Shown here piece after piece: positions 38,077-47,926 of a stretch of 64,000 nt of DNA. A program made the translations under genes and the position numbers. The stretch is from an uncultured Candidatus Saccharibacteria bacterium. Lineage in GTDB: Bacteria > Patescibacteriota > Minisyncoccia > Phycocordibacterales > XYD1-FULL-46-19. How positions within the stretch are numbered: the first letter of the stretch is position 1; every line of letters starts with the position of its first letter. The notes under the pieces were generated by a model. That model searched no databases. It was given only the letters and a program-made list of their open reading frames with translations, and was not told the origin of the DNA. Where the stretch lies: assembly GCA_964355855.1 (NCBI GenBank), contig CAYHFD010000002.1, positions 419-64,418 on the forward strand, written 5' to 3'.

Positions 38077-40113
38077 TTGTTAACCTATATTATGTTTACA
38101 CTTAAAAAAGCAGTTGCTCTTGTTGCCGGCGTGGCAGCAGGTGCGCTTGTGTTTGCTGCGGTAGCCGCTCCGGCTCCTGCCCAGGCACAAACAACCGCTG
38201 AACTGCAGGCTCAGATCCAAGCTCTTCTTGCCCAGATCCAGGCTCTTCAGGGTTCAGCTTCCGGTTCTGCCACAGCGAACTATACGTTCACTCGTGACCT
38301 AACCATTGGTTCGACAGGTGCAGATGTTACTGCCCTTCAGAAATTCCTTATGAGCAAAGGCAATGCTATTGCCGCTGGGGCTACTGGCTACTTTGGTCTT
38401 CAAACCAAAGCCGCTCTTATGGCTTACCAGTCCGCTAATGGTATAGTTCCAGCCGCTGGTTATTTTGGTCCAATCACTCGGGCTAAAGTTGGCGCTTCGG
38501 TTGTTGTTACTCCTGGTGACGATGACGACACTTCAGATGACGACGATGATAACGATAACGACTCCCTTGACGGCGGCGCTGGTTCAGTTTCTGAATACCA
38601 GTTGATGTCCGGTCTTAACAACGAAGAAGTTGGCGAAGACTCCGAAGACGTCCAGGTAGCTGGTTTGGAAATCGAAGCGGACGAAGGTTCTGACCTTCGC
38701 TTCACCGCTGTTCGCCTCGTCTTTGACGAAGGCACAGCTGCTAGTGATTTCGAAGACTATGCTAGCGAAGTCTCGATCTGGTTTGATGGTGAGGAAGTCG
38801 GCCGTGTCGACGCTGATGAATTCAACGACGACAATGTTTGGACTAAGACCATTAGCCTAGAAAGCGGCGCGGTCGTTGACGCTGGTGAAACAGCCGAATT
38901 GGTGGTTGCGGTTTCTGGTATCTCTAACCTTGATACCAATGACCAGGCTGACACTTGGACCGTTGACTTCCGCAGTGTCCGCTTCGTGGACGGACAGGGC
39001 GCTTCAACTTCTGAAGACCCAACCACGGCTACTCGAACGTTCTCATTTGAGAGCTTCGCTTCGGCCGCCGACACGCAGTTGAAGATCACGGAAGATGACG
39101 ACAGCATCAACGATGCTCGCGTTATCGACGTGCACGCTTCTGACGACACCGACAACGTTTCCCTTCTGTCTTTCACTTTGGAAGCCGAAGGCGATTCTGA
39201 TCTAACGATCCAGAAGTTTGCGGCTAGCACGACCGTTACTGGCGCTGCTAACGTTGACGACTTGATCAACAAGATCTCCCTATGGATTGACGGTAAAGAA
39301 GTTGCTTCTGGCTCGGCTTATCAGGATGCTGATGGCGCGACTGTCGGTGCAACCGAAGACTACCTCTTTGATGACCTAGATTACACCATCGCAGCTGGTG
39401 AGACTGTGGAAGCAGAAATCCGAGCGGACTTCAACTCTGTTGCTGACGCTCTTGACGAAGCTGACACCATTCAGGTGGATATCAAGGAAGATATCACTGA
39501 CCAGGTGGCCTTGTTTGACATTGAAGACGAATCCGGTGAAGAACTAGTAGATGGCGACATCAGCGGTTCGGCTACTGGCGGTGCTCACTCAGTTTACGAC
39601 AGCAGCGTCAACGCTGAATTCGTAAGCGCGACAGCTACCAACGATGACGCTTCAAACGCGAACACTAACCTAGAAGATGACACCGGTACCTTCATTGTTA
39701 AATTCGATGTTACCGCTTTCGGCGCTGACGTCTACATTGATGGCGACCTCATTGCTTCAAGTGCAGCAACTGTTATTGTAGATAACACTGCTTCTGGAGG
39801 TACTATCTGGGGCACAACCACTAACTCAACGAACGGTATTGGAACCACGACGACTCAAGCTACGCTTGAAGCCGCTGGTACCGAAACTGGCGACGTAGAA
39901 ACAGCTGGTGCGCTTTCATTCAAGGTTCCAGAAGATCAGACTCGACAATTTACTATGACCATTAAGATTCCAGCTGGAACTGACGCAGTTGCTGGAGTAC
40001 GTCTACGAGGCATCAACTGGGATACTGATTCTGGAGATGCTCATGCAAACCTTTATACCTTCGACCTAGGAGACTACAAGACTCCAGTCATTGTATTGGA
40101 TGCAGACGCGTAA
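38077..40113 (+). CDS. Secreted surface protein: signal peptide, coiled-coil, peptidoglycan-binding domain, poly-Asp linker and a large acidic beta-rich region
   Basis: N-terminal signal ...AAVAAPAPAQAQ; PG_binding_1-like LTIGSTGADVTALQKFL...GYFGLQTKAALMAYQ; DDDDTSDDDDDNDND. Confidence 0.65.
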   Translation: MLTYIMFTLKKAVALVAGVAAGALVFAAVAAPAPAQAQTTAELQAQIQALLAQIQALQGSASGSATANYTFTRDLTIGSTGADVTALQKFLMSKGNAIAAGATGYFGLQTKAALMAYQSANGIVPAAGYFGPITRAKVGASVVVTPGDDDDTSDDDDDNDNDSLDGGAGSVSEYQLMSGLNNEEVGEDSEDVQVAGLEIEADEGSDLRFTAVRLVFDEGTAASDFEDYASEVSIWFDGEEVGRVDADEFNDDNVWTKTISLESGAVVDAGETAELVVAVSGISNLDTNDQADTWTVDFRSVRFVDGQGASTSEDPTTATRTFSFESFASAADTQLKITEDDDSINDARVIDVHASDDTDNVSLLSFTLEAEGDSDLTIQKFAASTTVTGAANVDDLINKISLWIDGKEVASGSAYQDADGATVGATEDYLFDDLDYTIAAGETVEAEIRADFNSVADALDEADTIQVDIKEDITDQVALFDIEDESGEELVDGDISGSATGGAHSVYDSSVNAEFVSATATNDDASNANTNLEDDTGTFIVKFDVTAFGADVYIDGDLIASSAATVIVDNTASGGTIWGTTTNSTNGIGTTTTQATLEAAGTETGDVETAGALSFKVPEDQTRQFTMTIKIPAGTDAVAGVRLRGINWDTDSGDAHANLYTFDLGDYKTPVIVLDADA

Positions 40114-40162
40114 AATCTGACAGTCTAACTATGGCGCTTTAATCAGCTAAATAGTTAAACCA

Positions 40163-40211
40163 AAAACCGCCTTGGGCGACACAGCAATGTGTTTAGCTCA
40201 GGCGGTTTTTT
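40163..40211 (+). terminator. Rho-independent terminator
   Basis: aaaaccgccttgggcgac...gctcaggcggtttttt. Confidence 0.65.
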
Positions 40212-40348
40212 GGTGGGCGAAGATGAAAATGGAAGATACTGTTATACACAGGTATCGGCTCTTACGCTTCGACATATCCTAAATTAGGAGTATACTTTAG
40301 GCAAGTATCTTGAGGTTTTAGTTGATTAATTAACGTCGAAAATATGTT

Positions 40349-41257
40349 ATGGTAAAAATATTAACCAAAAGTTTTATTGGAACTGTCGTCCTCGCCGCTT
40401 TAGCGATCGCGACAGCCCTCCCAGCCCAAGCGGCGACGACTGATTTCATCGCCGACGGCAATATCACGGTCTCGTCGGTAGTCTATGGCTCACTGACGGT
40501 GGACATGCTGATCATGAGCGGTTCTCGGGCCGAAAGTTGGAACTTTGACAGCAGCAACTTTACGGTGACTAACGCTGATGCCACTAACCCTTTCACCGTA
40601 GGTTCATCGGACGCGACGGTCAAATCGATGCGCGTTCGACAAAGCGGTGGCAGTAGTGAAACCTGTGCCAACAACACCACCCTGGGCACTAGTTTCGTGA
40701 CTGTGCCGACCCAAGGCAGTTATGTCGTCTATCCATCTCCGGACCTCTGTTCAGTCGCTAGTACTGGCGGTGGCGGTGGCAGTAAGAAAGAAAAAGACAA
40801 ACCAGTGACCTCCGCTATACCGGCGACCCCTGGCGTGTCTTCGGCCACCCCTGCTTCTCCGGCTTTGGCCAATGCTTCCGCCAATGCCTCGTTTAATCGG
40901 GCTTTGGTTGCCGGCAGTACGGGCGAAGATGTGAAGAGATTGCAGCAGTTTCTAAACAGTCAGGGTGCTACGGTGGCGTCCGCTGGCCCCGGTTCGGCTG
41001 GTTTGGAGACTATGTTTTTTGGTCCGGCCACTAAAGCGGCTGTGGTCAAGTTTCAATTAGCCAATGGTGTTATCCAGGCGGCTACTGACTTAGGGGCTGG
41101 TCGTGTGGGGCCACTGACAATGGCCAAGATTAACGCGCTGTTAGGTGCGAGTGCGACTGTTTCGGCTGCTCCCTTGTCGATTGCCGAGCAGATCAAAGCC
41201 TTAACCGCTCAACTAGCGCTTTTGCAAGCCCAGCTGGCGGCAAATCAAGGAAATTAA
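40349..41257 (+). CDS. Secreted protein with a C-terminal peptidoglycan-binding domain and coiled-coil tail (paralogous modules to 38077-40113)
   Basis: Signal ...ALPAQAATT; LVAGSTGEDVKRLQQFL...FFGPATKAAVVKFQ; C-terminal IKALTAQLALLQAQLAANQ. Confidence 0.6.
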   Translation: MVKILTKSFIGTVVLAALAIATALPAQAATTDFIADGNITVSSVVYGSLTVDMLIMSGSRAESWNFDSSNFTVTNADATNPFTVGSSDATVKSMRVRQSGGSSETCANNTTLGTSFVTVPTQGSYVVYPSPDLCSVASTGGGGGSKKEKDKPVTSAIPATPGVSSATPASPALANASANASFNRALVAGSTGEDVKRLQQFLNSQGATVASAGPGSAGLETMFFGPATKAAVVKFQLANGVIQAATDLGAGRVGPLTMAKINALLGASATVSAAPLSIAEQIKALTAQLALLQAQLAANQGN

Positions 41258-41288
41258 TTTTTATTAGAATTTTAAGTTAAAAGTTATT

Positions 41289-41768
41289 ATGGATCTGAAA
41301 ACTATCTCTAAAAGTCTTACTTTATCCGTTTTATCGTTTTTTCTTGTGACTGGTGTTTTGTACGCTTCTTCGACCATTGGCGCCAATATGGTGACCACTG
41401 GCACTTTGTCGGTGACAGGTATTAGTACCTTGACTGGGGCGGTGACCGCAGCGAGTACCTTAGCGGTCACCGGGGCTAGTACCTTGACTGGAGCGGTGAC
41501 GAGTGCCGGGATTATTACCGGTGATGATGTCACTTCGGTAGACGATGTGACCGCCGGTGATGACCTAGTGGTTTCCGGTGGGGCATTGACTGTGACGACC
41601 ACCAATGCTGCCACCTCGACGATTAGCGTTGGTTGCGTTCAAATGTATCCAACCAGTACAGCGACTGCGGCCAGGTTCTCGTTTAACACATCAAGTGCTA
41701 CTTCAACTATTGGGGGTGCGGCCGCCGCTGGTTTTGTGACCTGGAATTATGGTACCTGTCCGTTCTAG
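41289..41768 (+). CDS. Secreted repetitive Thr/Gly-rich protein
   Basis: Signal-like N-terminus followed by 7-8-residue repeats (STLTGAVTAA / STLAVTGA / DDVTSVDDVTAGDD). Confidence 0.45.
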   Translation: MDLKTISKSLTLSVLSFFLVTGVLYASSTIGANMVTTGTLSVTGISTLTGAVTAASTLAVTGASTLTGAVTSAGIITGDDVTSVDDVTAGDDLVVSGGALTVTTTNAATSTISVGCVQMYPTSTATAARFSFNTSSATSTIGGAAAAGFVTWNYGTCPF

Positions 41769-41917
41769 ATTTAAGTTCTAATATTTATTATTGTTATACC
41801 AAAAATGCCCATCAGGGCATTTTTGGTGTGCCTTGATTGCTTATGTTTTTCCATTTAACAAAACATTTTTCAACGTTTTTCTATTCAATATGTTTAGTTT
41901 GAGCTACAATTAAACAA

Positions 41918-42955
41918 ATGAAAATTAAAGGTGCGGTTGATAAAGACCTTCTGGTTTTTTTAGCAGTATTTTTCGGCCTTGGTTTGTTGTGGATAATGTT
42001 GGGTTGGCCGGGCCAAGAAGATGCTAATTCCCCCGTGGTTCGTTTTAATGCTGACGAGACTGATTCATCTAGGGACGGTAATAGTGAAAATAGTCGATCG
42101 GCCACCGGGCGTTCGGCTCGCGCTGAACGACTACTAAAAGCCGAATCACCTCAAGTAGTTATTGATGGTTATACCTATACCAAATCTCCTTGGTATAAGT
42201 TGGTGATTATTGGTCGGGGAACAGCTAAATCGGCCGATGAAGCCCGTAAAGAATATATCGAATTAAGGGCCGATTCTCACAATGAACAGCCAATAAATAT
42301 TGGTAATTGGAAACTGGAAAATGGGCGCAACCGCCGACCGGTGCAAATTTCTAGTTTTAAAGAAAAAACTTTATCGGCCGTGCGGGTGAACATTCCTTTG
42401 GCTACCAATTTATTTGTTGGTCTTAAATCAAAACTACAACCGGTAGTTTTAGGCCCCGGTGACCGCGCTTATATTATTACTGGCTCTTTGCGAACCGGTG
42501 GTGACTTGCCGGTGCGGGTGAGTTTTCGTACCAACAAATGTATTGGCTATTTGGCCGACAATGAGAGAAATTCGTTTATTCCTAGCTTAAAAAAAGATTG
42601 TCCCCGGCCCGGTGATGAACCAGGCGTTGAAAATCTAACCGATAGTTGTTACGACTTTGTTCGTCGTCTGCCGACTTGTCATATTCCCGATGATAAACCA
42701 TTTCGTGATCGAGACGGTGATTTGGTACGTAACCATTTAGACGGCAATGTGGAGTTGTCGAAAATTTGCCGTGATTGGGTCAAAGTCCGATTTAGTTACG
42801 AGGCTTGCGTGTCACGACATATTACTGATGAAGATTTTTATGGCACGGAGTGGCGGGTCTATTTGAATCGCGATTGGGAATTGTGGAACGACCGCCGAGA
42901 AGTTATTACTTTGTACGACGACCAAGGTTTATTGGTTGATCAAATATCATATTAA
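41918..42955 (+). CDS. Membrane-anchored protein with a lamin-tail-like domain
   Basis: N-terminal TM helix; INIGNWKLENGRNRR...VVLGPGDRAYIITG resembles the LTD pattern. Confidence 0.4.
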   Translation: MKIKGAVDKDLLVFLAVFFGLGLLWIMLGWPGQEDANSPVVRFNADETDSSRDGNSENSRSATGRSARAERLLKAESPQVVIDGYTYTKSPWYKLVIIGRGTAKSADEARKEYIELRADSHNEQPINIGNWKLENGRNRRPVQISSFKEKTLSAVRVNIPLATNLFVGLKSKLQPVVLGPGDRAYIITGSLRTGGDLPVRVSFRTNKCIGYLADNERNSFIPSLKKDCPRPGDEPGVENLTDSCYDFVRRLPTCHIPDDKPFRDRDGDLVRNHLDGNVELSKICRDWVKVRFSYEACVSRHITDEDFYGTEWRVYLNRDWELWNDRREVITLYDDQGLLVDQISY

Positions 42956-43671
42956 CAAGGACCGTCCTTGGAAAAAAATATTTGTGTTATAATTTGAACA
43001 TGCAGAGGAAAGAGGTTTTTGCCCAAGGAGAGTATTATCATATTTATAATCGCGGTGTAGATAAAAGAAAAATATTTCTCGATGATTTTGACTACAGTCG
43101 TTTTATGAGAATGATGTACGTCTGTAATTCTAATCAGGCAGTTATTTTTAAAGATATAGCGGACATTCCATATCAAGAAATTATACGCGGAGACAGGCTG
43201 GTAGATTTGGGGGCATATTGTCTGATGCCAAATCATTTTCATTTTTTAATTAAAGAAAGGGCAGAAGGGGGAATATCAATGTTTATGAAAAAACTTTTTA
43301 CTGGCTATTCTATGTTTTTTAATAAAAAATATAATAGGTCTGGGGCATTATTTCAGGGAAGGTTCAGGGCCGAACATGCCTTTGACGACAAATATTTAAA
43401 TTATCTTTTTTCATACATTCATCTTAATCCGATCCGCAAGTCTATTCCAGAAGGTAAAATTGATGAACTAAAATTAGTCCTAGAGATGTTTGATTATTCT
43501 AGCTATAAGGATTATTGTAAGAAGGAACGGGAAGAATCTTGTATAATAAACAAGGAAGAGTTTCCCGATTATTTTCAATCAGCAATAGATTTTCGTGATT
43601 TTATTAATGATTGGTTGGTATATGAAGAATATTATACCACAAATTAAATTTTCCAAGGACGGTCCTTGGAA
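42954..43671 (+). mobile_element. REPtron-like compact element: HUH (Y1) transposase gene flanked by inverted copies of a 20-nt palindromic repeat
   Basis: The left end caaggaccgtccttggaaaa (42956-42975) equals the reverse complement of the right end ttttccaaggacggtccttgg (43648-43669), and each end is itself palindromic. The left end directly abuts the stop codon of the upstream gene. Confidence 0.7.
42982..43647 (+). CDS. REP-associated tyrosine transposase (RAYT) / IS200-like HUH transposase
   Basis: YHIYNRG, the HUH motif LMPNHFHFLI, GALFQGRF, and the catalytic Tyr region YIHLNPIRK. Confidence 0.75.
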   Translation: MCYNLNMQRKEVFAQGEYYHIYNRGVDKRKIFLDDFDYSRFMRMMYVCNSNQAVIFKDIADIPYQEIIRGDRLVDLGAYCLMPNHFHFLIKERAEGGISMFMKKLFTGYSMFFNKKYNRSGALFQGRFRAEHAFDDKYLNYLFSYIHLNPIRKSIPEGKIDELKLVLEMFDYSSYKDYCKKEREESCIINKEEFPDYFQSAIDFRDFINDWLVYEEYYTTN

Positions 43672-43711
43672 TTGTGCAGTTTTTCCTTTAGAATAATTTG
43701 TATTAAATATT

Positions 43712-45124
43712 ATGACTAATAAAAATGTTTTTATTCAAATAATTTTGATAGGTTTTTTATTTACTGCTCCAAACGTTGTTTCGGCCACCTCTGTTATATC
43801 ATTAAAACTAAATTCTAATAGTGTTGATGCTAAAATTAACCCGACTATTGAAGACAAAATTACGATTGAAATTACCACTGATACGCCAGTTAAATTTAAT
43901 ACGATTGCTATTTGTGCCGAAGCCGATACGGTTTGTAGCCGGGCGACGGCCGTTAAATATTTTACTCAAACTTCGGCTTTTACCACGACGGTGACCAAGG
44001 ATTGGAACGGCCAAAAAGGCGGCGCGGGTGGGGCGGTGGCTGATGGTACTTATAAAATAAAGGTGACGATGGCAGTCGAGGGGGGTACGGCCACCATCAC
44101 CGAAGAAGTGGCTACTCCCCATATTTTGGTTGATTCAACTTTTGCCGGAAATAGTGGTAGTGGTGGTGAGGAGGAAAACAATGATGGCGCTGATAATAAC
44201 GGTGAAGATGGTAATGACAATACAGGTAGCGGGAATGAGGGGTCAACGACCGACAGTACGATTTCGGCCCACAATGATCCAAATCCAGCTCAAAAGTCTG
44301 GTCAGAGCAGTAACTTGAAAATATCCGCTGGTCGGGCAAGGCTTACTTCAGTCCACGCCCCCCTATTGTTTGAGGCTGGTGTTGGTGAGGGTAAAATTGG
44401 AGGCCGAACGAGATATGTTTGGGCGTTTGGTGATGGCACTTCGGCTCGAGGGTCTAAAGCCAGACACGCCTATCGATATCCTGGCGATTACGTTGTAATT
44501 CTTACTGCTTCCGATGGTATTTATCGGGCGGTAGCTAGAACGACAGTTAGGGTTACTAATTTAGATGTCGAGATTGTTGTTGATAAAAATGTTTTGACCT
44601 TAAAAAATACTGGTAGTTATGAGTTAAATATTGGTGGTTTTAAATTAACAGAAGGGGAACAGGTATTTGTTTTTGCTCCCGATACAATTATTTTGTCTAA
44701 ACAAAATCTTGTTTTAGATAAAAAAATTTCCGGTTTGAATTTTTCAACTAGCCGAAATTTAAGTTTGATTTCACCAACCGATGAAGTGGTTAATAAAATC
44801 GGTGGTCATAAGTTGGCTTTTACTGCCAACCAAATAGAATTAGAAAAGGTGGCCAAAGAAGCCCGTGATATTGAAGACCTTATTATTCAACAAACTGCTA
44901 GCGTTACTAGTTTACCAGACATTTCTACTAAAGATGACACTAAATCCGTTTCTCAATCAAAAAGAGTCGATGATCGTAGTTCGGAAAGTAATAAAACCAA
45001 AGTAAAAAAAGGGGCAGAAAATCAGTCTAAGGTTATAGTCTTAAAACCCCGGCCGAGTTTGTTGGCCCGATTATCAACTCTGTCCCAGAAAAGCTTGGCT
45101 TTTATCGGTAATATTTTTAATTAG
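43712..45124 (+). CDS. Secreted protein with PKD and lamin-tail-like domains
   Basis: Signal peptide; RYVWAFGDGTSARGSKARHAYRYPGDYVVILTASDG (PKD); NTGSYELNIGGFKLTEGEQVFVF (LTD-like). Confidence 0.55.
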   Translation: MTNKNVFIQIILIGFLFTAPNVVSATSVISLKLNSNSVDAKINPTIEDKITIEITTDTPVKFNTIAICAEADTVCSRATAVKYFTQTSAFTTTVTKDWNGQKGGAGGAVADGTYKIKVTMAVEGGTATITEEVATPHILVDSTFAGNSGSGGEEENNDGADNNGEDGNDNTGSGNEGSTTDSTISAHNDPNPAQKSGQSSNLKISAGRARLTSVHAPLLFEAGVGEGKIGGRTRYVWAFGDGTSARGSKARHAYRYPGDYVVILTASDGIYRAVARTTVRVTNLDVEIVVDKNVLTLKNTGSYELNIGGFKLTEGEQVFVFAPDTIILSKQNLVLDKKISGLNFSTSRNLSLISPTDEVVNKIGGHKLAFTANQIELEKVAKEARDIEDLIIQQTASVTSLPDISTKDDTKSVSQSKRVDDRSSESNKTKVKKGAENQSKVIVLKPRPSLLARLSTLSQKSLAFIGNIFN

Positions 45125-45399
45125 TCATGGCCATTCGGACCTATTTTACTCGTAACTTTTGGAAAATGACATCAGGGTTTATTTTTATTATACTGCTCGG
45201 TCTTTTGGTAATGGGGGCGATTTCTTCTTTTGATAAATTGGAGATAAGCCAGTCGTCAACTGCCGACCTTGACACAATAACCCCAAACCTTTAAAGTATT
45301 GGGAACGCCGTAGACATTAGGCCGAGGACATTTGTCCCCATTAAGTCCTAATTAGGTCCCAACTTTAATACCTGTTTTAACTAAACAGGGAGGGAAGGT

Positions 45400-45639
45400 C
45401 GAGAGTGTCTAGCGCGGCGCCTAGCCGTTTTTTATTTAAAATAAAGAGCGTAAGCGACTATATTTTAAATAACCCAGCTCTAGTTTTGCAGTTAAGTTAC
45501 CGCTACAAGCGCGGGCGACGAATAGTCGCGTCCCTTTTGTCCGAGCGCTTGGCCTAAGGCACTCGCTGTTTTAAATAGTCGGGACCCAATAATAACTTTT
45601 GAGGCAAAATTAGGGCTGGGTAAATAACAAATTAAAATT
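45400..45639 (+). promoter_or_regulatory. Candidate rplJ (L10) leader / autoregulatory region
   Basis: ~240-nt GC-richer untranslated region with multiple stem-forming segments just upstream of rplJ; assigned by position only. Confidence 0.3.
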
Positions 45640-46128
45640 ATGGCTTTAACTAGAGAGAAAAAATCAGTCATTTTGGAGAAGGTCAAAAAGGCTGTAAAGT
45701 CAGCCCAGTCGATAGCGTTTGTGAATTTTCATGGACTATCGGTGTCGGGAGCTGACGATTTGCGCAAGGGCTTACGAGAAGTAGGAGTGGGCTATTCAGT
45801 CGCCAAAAAAACTTTAGTACGATTGGCCCTCGCTGATTCTGGCATTGCTGGTAATTTACCAGACTTGCCAGGAGAAATTGCTATCGCTTACGGTGACGAT
45901 TTGATTGCCCCCGCTAAAGGGGTATATGACTTTGGCAAAAAAAATAATGATACCGTCAAAATTGTTGGTGGTGTTTTTGAAGGTCGTTTTATGGATGCCG
46001 ACGAGATGTTGGCGGTGGCCAAGATTCCTGGGCGCGAAGTGTTGTATGGTCAGTTTGTTAATTTAATCAACTGGCCAATTCAAGGTTTAGTGGTGGCGCT
46101 TGATGCTATTGCCGAGAAAAAAGGGTAA
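45640..46128 (+). CDS. rplJ: Ribosomal protein L10
   Basis: MALTREKKSVILEKVKKAVKSAQSIAFVNFHGLSV. Confidence 0.85.
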   Translation: MALTREKKSVILEKVKKAVKSAQSIAFVNFHGLSVSGADDLRKGLREVGVGYSVAKKTLVRLALADSGIAGNLPDLPGEIAIAYGDDLIAPAKGVYDFGKKNNDTVKIVGGVFEGRFMDADEMLAVAKIPGREVLYGQFVNLINWPIQGLVVALDAIAEKKG

Positions 46129-46155
46129 ATTAAAAAATAATTTAAGTTTAAAAAT

Positions 46156-46611
46156 ATGAGTGAAGAACAGAAAGATATTCAGACCGAAGAAGTGGCAGAG
46201 GTTGTTGCGCCTACTCCGGTTGTCGAAGTAGAAGTCGAGGTGCCCGCTAAATTTAAAGATTTAGTGGAGAAGATTGAAACAATGAGTGTTTTAGAATTGC
46301 ACGAATTGGTTAAAGTTTTAGAAAAGAAATTTGGTGTATCGGCCCAAGCGACAGTGGCGGCTGGTGCTGTAGCCGAAGGGGGAGCTGGTGCGAGCGAGAA
46401 AAGTTCTTATACGGTTGAGCTTACCGCCGCCGGTGACCAGAAAGTTCAGGTAATCAAGGCTATTAAAGAGGCTCTAGGCCTTGGTCTTAAGGAAGCCAAA
46501 GATTTGGTTGATGCCGCTCCATCAGTCTTGAAAGAGGGCGTTAAAAAGGAAGATGCGGAAGCAATGAAAACTGCCATTGAAACAGCCGGCGGCAAGGTAG
46601 AATTAAAATAA
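46156..46611 (+). CDS. rplL: Ribosomal protein L7/L12
   Basis: [19 protein letters not shown]...; C-terminal [11 protein letters not shown]...GGKVELK. Confidence 0.9.
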   Translation: MSEEQKDIQTEEVAEVVAPTPVVEVEVEVPAKFKDLVEKIETMSVLELHELVKVLEKKFGVSAQATVAAGAVAEGGAGASEKSSYTVELTAAGDQKVQVIKAIKEALGLGLKEAKDLVDAAPSVLKEGVKKEDAEAMKTAIETAGGKVELK

Positions 46612-46616
46612 CTATT

Positions 46617-46670
46617 GGCCCCAAAATAAAAACCCTGGACGCATAGTCCAGGGTTTTTATTTTGGGGCCT
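46617..46670 (+). terminator. Rho-independent terminator after rplL
   Basis: aaaaccctggac gcat agtccagggttttt nested inside ggccccaaaat...attttggggcc. Confidence 0.8.
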
Positions 46671-46687
46671 CCTGTGCTATATTCCTT

Positions 46688-46890
46688 TTAATCCAAGCCC
46701 ATTCATCCCCGTCAGTTTACGACGGGGATGAATGGGCGAGGAAAGGGGGTCAGGGAAAACACTTGTTTTCCCTGGGGCGGAGAGTAGTGAGCGAAGCGAG
46801 CGTTGAGAACCGAGCGGTTCTCAAAATAAATCTCTTCTCGCTTAATACCCCGTTGGCTTGGCTACGGGGATAGGACGAGGAGGATTTATT
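46688..46890 (+). repeat. Copy C of the ~200-bp structured repeat (with a 9-15-nt internal duplication)
   Basis: Collinear with copies A and B. The hairpin gggaaaac/gttttccc carries compensatory changes relative to ggggaaaac/gttttcccc in the other copies. Confidence 0.8.
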
Positions 46891-47157
46891 ACTAAATAGA
46901 CCAAAACAGGATGGATCCCGTTAGAGATCGCGCCTGCCTGCCGGTAGGAAGAGACACTAAATTTAATTTCACCATGAAAACCAAAATTATCAACAGACTA
47001 AGTTATGGTACCGGCGGGGACAAACAGTCCGTGTTCTACCTGCCCGCCAAAGCCAGAGCACTACAAGTGATATTTACAATGAATATGGTTGATTTATTAA
47101 TTAATAACCTAGTCCACTGTTGGCGCTTTAGGCGATGGCAGGCGGGCCTCTAACGGG

Positions 47158-47754
47158 ATGGAAATTCTAGAAAAATTGTTTGATAGTAAGCACCGGGTAA
47201 AGCTTTTGCGTCTCTTCCTCTTTAATCCTGAAGTAGCTTTTGATCGGGTCGAGATTATTCGACGGAGCAAGGTTTTGTCATCGGCTTTGCGCCGCGAGCT
47301 CTCACTTTTGTCGGGAGTGGGAATTATAAAACTTAAAAAAGTCCAACTGGTAAGCAAAAGTGAACGACGCAAAAGCGTTCAGGGTTGGGAACTTAATCCC
47401 ACTTTCCCTTTAATTCAAAGTCTTCGTGGTTTACTAAATACGGATTTTTTACGCCGTAAAACGGATATTGTAAAACGGTTCCGCAATTGTGGTCGGGTAA
47501 AACTTTTAGTAGTGTCGGGTATTTTTATTAATGACGAAGACCGCCGGCTTGATATTTTACTGGTGGGGGATAATTTGAAAAAAAATATTATTGAAAAAAA
47601 TGTTCGAGCAATTGAAGCGGAAGTTGGTCGAGAGCTTAATTATGCCACGCTTGATACGGAAGACTTTCTCTACCGGGCAGGGACTAGTGATCGGTTTATC
47701 CGTGATGTTTTTGACTATCCCCATGAACGGATGATTGATAAACTTACTTTTTAA
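47158..47754 (+). CDS. Hypothetical protein (possible N-terminal HTH); start uncertain because ATG 47158 lies inside an upstream inverted repeat
   Basis: 198-aa ORF with no clear motif. Confidence 0.35.
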   Translation: MEILEKLFDSKHRVKLLRLFLFNPEVAFDRVEIIRRSKVLSSALRRELSLLSGVGIIKLKKVQLVSKSERRKSVQGWELNPTFPLIQSLRGLLNTDFLRRKTDIVKRFRNCGRVKLLVVSGIFINDEDRRLDILLVGDNLKKNIIEKNVRAIEAEVGRELNYATLDTEDFLYRAGTSDRFIRDVFDYPHERMIDKLTF

Positions 47755-47926
47755 GGTCGAGCTGGTGTCTTGGGCAGGTTTTGAGGTTATGGTTTATACT
47801 ATTTTGACATGATTGTTACCTTATTTTCCTATTTAAGTAGGCCTGTTTTGGCTCTAATCTTGTGATATTATTTAAATAGATTCATCATTATTAATAGTAA
47901 AGTCGAAGAATCTGATATTTTAACTA

